NCBI GenBank assembly: GCA_051294905.1
Contig: CM119372.1
Location: 1,860,001 to 1,924,000, forward strand
DNA from: Botryllus schlosseri
Lineage: Eukaryota
DNA length: 64,000 bases
Reading direction: 5' to 3'
The number at the start of each line of letters is the position of its first letter. The first letter of the stretch is position 1. The notes below the pieces were generated by a model, which made no database searches, was not told the DNA's origin, and worked only from the letters and a program-made list of their open reading frames with translations. The translations under genes and the position numbers were made by a program. Positions 61,826 through 64,000 of the stretch are shown piece by piece.

Positions 61826-64000
61826 TGAAAATGAGTTGAGTAATTTGGGCCGATATGCGAGATAATAGACGCGCCAATGCAACGTCCAATCTTGGTTAAT
61901 CACTCCTACAGTCATCACGCCTGCCGTAATTAGTTTTCGAAATGTGAGTAAGTAATCCCTCGTGACGTCACCCATAACACAGTCTCTGCTGAGCACAATT
62001 TTCGGTTTTTGTTTCTGAGCTAATTGCCGCGTCGCCGGACTAAACGGATTATCTTGCAACAACGAGGCAAGGTAACTACGACTCGTCGAAATTATAATGG
62101 CCGTGTGTCTCATTCATAAAAAAAATAAGTACTACAATCGCACTTGGATGGTAGTAGTGCAAACGTAGCGATTTCTATCAGGTTGAACTCATCCGGTACG
62201 GTCTTACTAGTTTTAAATCGTAAGAACTTGAAGAACAGAGGCGGTCAATGTTGTCAGCGTGGCTACTCTGATAGAGGTAGAAGAGATGTCGTAAATCACT
62301 ACTCAATTGCAAGTAGAAGTTGCAGTTTCCAAGACACATCTGTAAGTGGAAGTAGAAAATGAAGGTTTAAATGCTACCCGAGTAAGTAGTCTCAAAAAGT
62401 AGATTTGGTCGGGGAGTCGCATACTTTTTGCGGTTAATCGATGGTGACTGGCTACTTCTGAAATTGCTGGATCTTTCGTGCCCCTGACTAATTGCACTAC
62501 CAATATGTACACTGTACAGCACAGTTTCCAATTTACAATTGCACAGCATATTCATATTCAAATAAACTCGGATATATTATCTGTAAGAGTATCTTCATGT
62601 ACAATCTTCGAAAAGCTGGGGAGGTAGCGTTGAGGCGAGCGTCGGTGCCATCTACGCAGGCGGTCCGCGCTCGATTTCCGCAGTCGGAGGTTATTCTGGG
62701 CCCCCGGGTCCCCGTGTCGCTGTTCTTACGGCGACCAAAAAGCCCAGAAATAAAAGACCCGATAAAGAAAGAAAAGGAAATAGAATATAAAAAGGGCCGA
62801 CGAAGAAAGAATGGCATCGAAGAAGATTACGACATCGCGCATACATCGCATTGTGTTTGTACGCGGCGGATGAAAATATAATCTGATGCTGGGCCTACGT
62901 AGGCCTCGTCTGATGATTAGTGAAATATACTCAGTTGCCGTGATATTGGGCTGATTAGCCACATCTGTTCCTAATGTTCCGTATATAGGCCCTATCTTTG
63001 ATGCTTTTTATGTTTTAATTAAGGGGTCATTGGCCTTTTTGAAATCAGGAGCTACGTCTTGTAACTAATTAATGCGACAGGCCACCAGTTACTGCTGCCG
63101 TCCATCCGTGCTCGGTTGGATTTCCTTCCACCCCTTACCAATAACAGATTATTCTCACTCACCGGGACTTACATCTGAGTCTCCGTGTTCAGCTACGTGG
63201 CCGCACTGCGCGTCGAAGCGCCAATCTCAGCATCAAGATTCAGCAATATGAACTAGTTTCCGGTTAAGCGTCGGCGAAAATGTGCACCGCCCCGATCGAA
63301 AGCTGCGTTCGTATGTTCTTTAGGGTCGACTGACCCATGTTCAACGGCTGATCATATAAAACTCTTCTCCGCTTCGACCTTCTAATCTCATTTGAATATT
63401 TGCTACTGTGAGCGGGGATTACTCATTTGGCCCCGCGTTGGTGAGCCCTATTTAATCCATTAATCTTTGCGATTACAATTGTAATGCATAGATGATCCAG
63501 TGGACCAGGTCCAGATACTATCAATTTTTCAACCGAAGATGGCAACTAATCGCAAGGGTTATCCTACAACACTTATGGCTGTAATGTATTCCCGAGGCGA
63601 CATTTTGATGTGATGCTTTACACGTGCGGAATGAAATAGAACTGAAATATGCAGTTATATACATTTAGAATGGAACGCCCCTCTGTTCATCAGAGTTGTC
63701 CGTCATGTGTGCTGGAAAACTGGATAAATTTGGAAATGTAATAGCGCCTTACAGTGGCGAAGCTTCTGTACCGTACAGAATCGCAACGATCACAGCAATG
63801 TGCTGCTGTATATTTCAGTGTAAAAGCTCGGGTCCTGCACATCCCTAAACTGAAACATCCCAACCGATACCGACTTTGATACCAGGAATATACAGTAATC
63901 TCATAGTGGCGAACAACTTGAAGTGAATTCTGTAAATTATGCGTACTCTTTTCACTTCTATCTATCAAATTGAAATTAAGAAACGAAGTTATACTAAATC

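Larger units (their letters stand above)
720..62600. mobile_element. Repeat family B: dispersed ~170-230 bp hammerhead-bearing element, ~23 copies (span of the family, not one element)
   Basis: Consensus ...gatacgattgttgatatacaatgttctttccaattctctactagttgctgacgattacccctgacgagtgtcagccgaaaatattcgggtttatttcaatatgaatatattattcaattgtatattgaagttctgtacctccaagaagctct. Approximate copies: 720-905+, 8290-8392-, 8392-8475+, 8495-8560+, 11890-12052+, 13780-13880+, 14468-14585-, 16305-16372-, 16385-16470+, 19555-19735-, 21638-21775-, 27845-28025-, 28039-28130+, 28888-29030-, 46172-46300-, 47432-47530-, 47788-47905+, 48305-48425-, 48430-48490+, 52150-52290+, 53005-53140+, 55435-55505+, 62545-62600-. Confidence 0.9.

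Noticed and set aside
720-62600. Family B or family A repeats as a CRISPR array or prokaryotic REP system
   Set aside because: Copies are dispersed, variably oriented and divergent, with no regular spacers, in a spliceosomal-intron context
176-63968. Most remaining 60-140 aa ORFs in the track
   Set aside because: They overlap repeats, lie antisense to real exons, or are the length expected by chance; no domains or splice-phase continuity

Overview
AT-rich, repeat-dense animal genomic DNA with GT-AG introns; an invertebrate deuterostome such as an ascidian is plausible but is only an inference. One protein-coding gene can be reconstructed, on the minus strand. It is a 10-exon EVA1C-like type I membrane protein (CDS 46018->4089, ~954 aa): signal segment, two SUEL/rhamnose-binding lectin domains (the second degenerate), a Ser/Thr stalk, a TM/FAM176 region and an expanded cytoplasmic tail. 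All splice phases are compatible, and intron 6 is ~26.9 kb. The rest is transposon debris: a 3.7-kb PIF/Harbinger element (TTA TSD, internally deleted transposase, decayed Myb/SANT partner), hAT MITEs and a hAT transposase relic, a Merlin-like MITE, tRNA-derived SINEs and an abundant AATTAGATTAG-rich MITE. The main hidden signal is a dispersed ~170-230 bp repeat with ~23 copies. It carries a minimal type I hammerhead ribozyme (ACCC-CUGACGA-GUGUCAGCC-GAAA-AUAU-UC^GGGU) and often sits in inverted pairs, like Penelope-like/retrozyme elements. A second, unrelated hammerhead lies at 10394-10430. Four intact-core ribozymes are in the sense orientation of the EVA1C-like pre-mRNA. Repeat boundaries are approximate unless a TSD or TIR is quoted.
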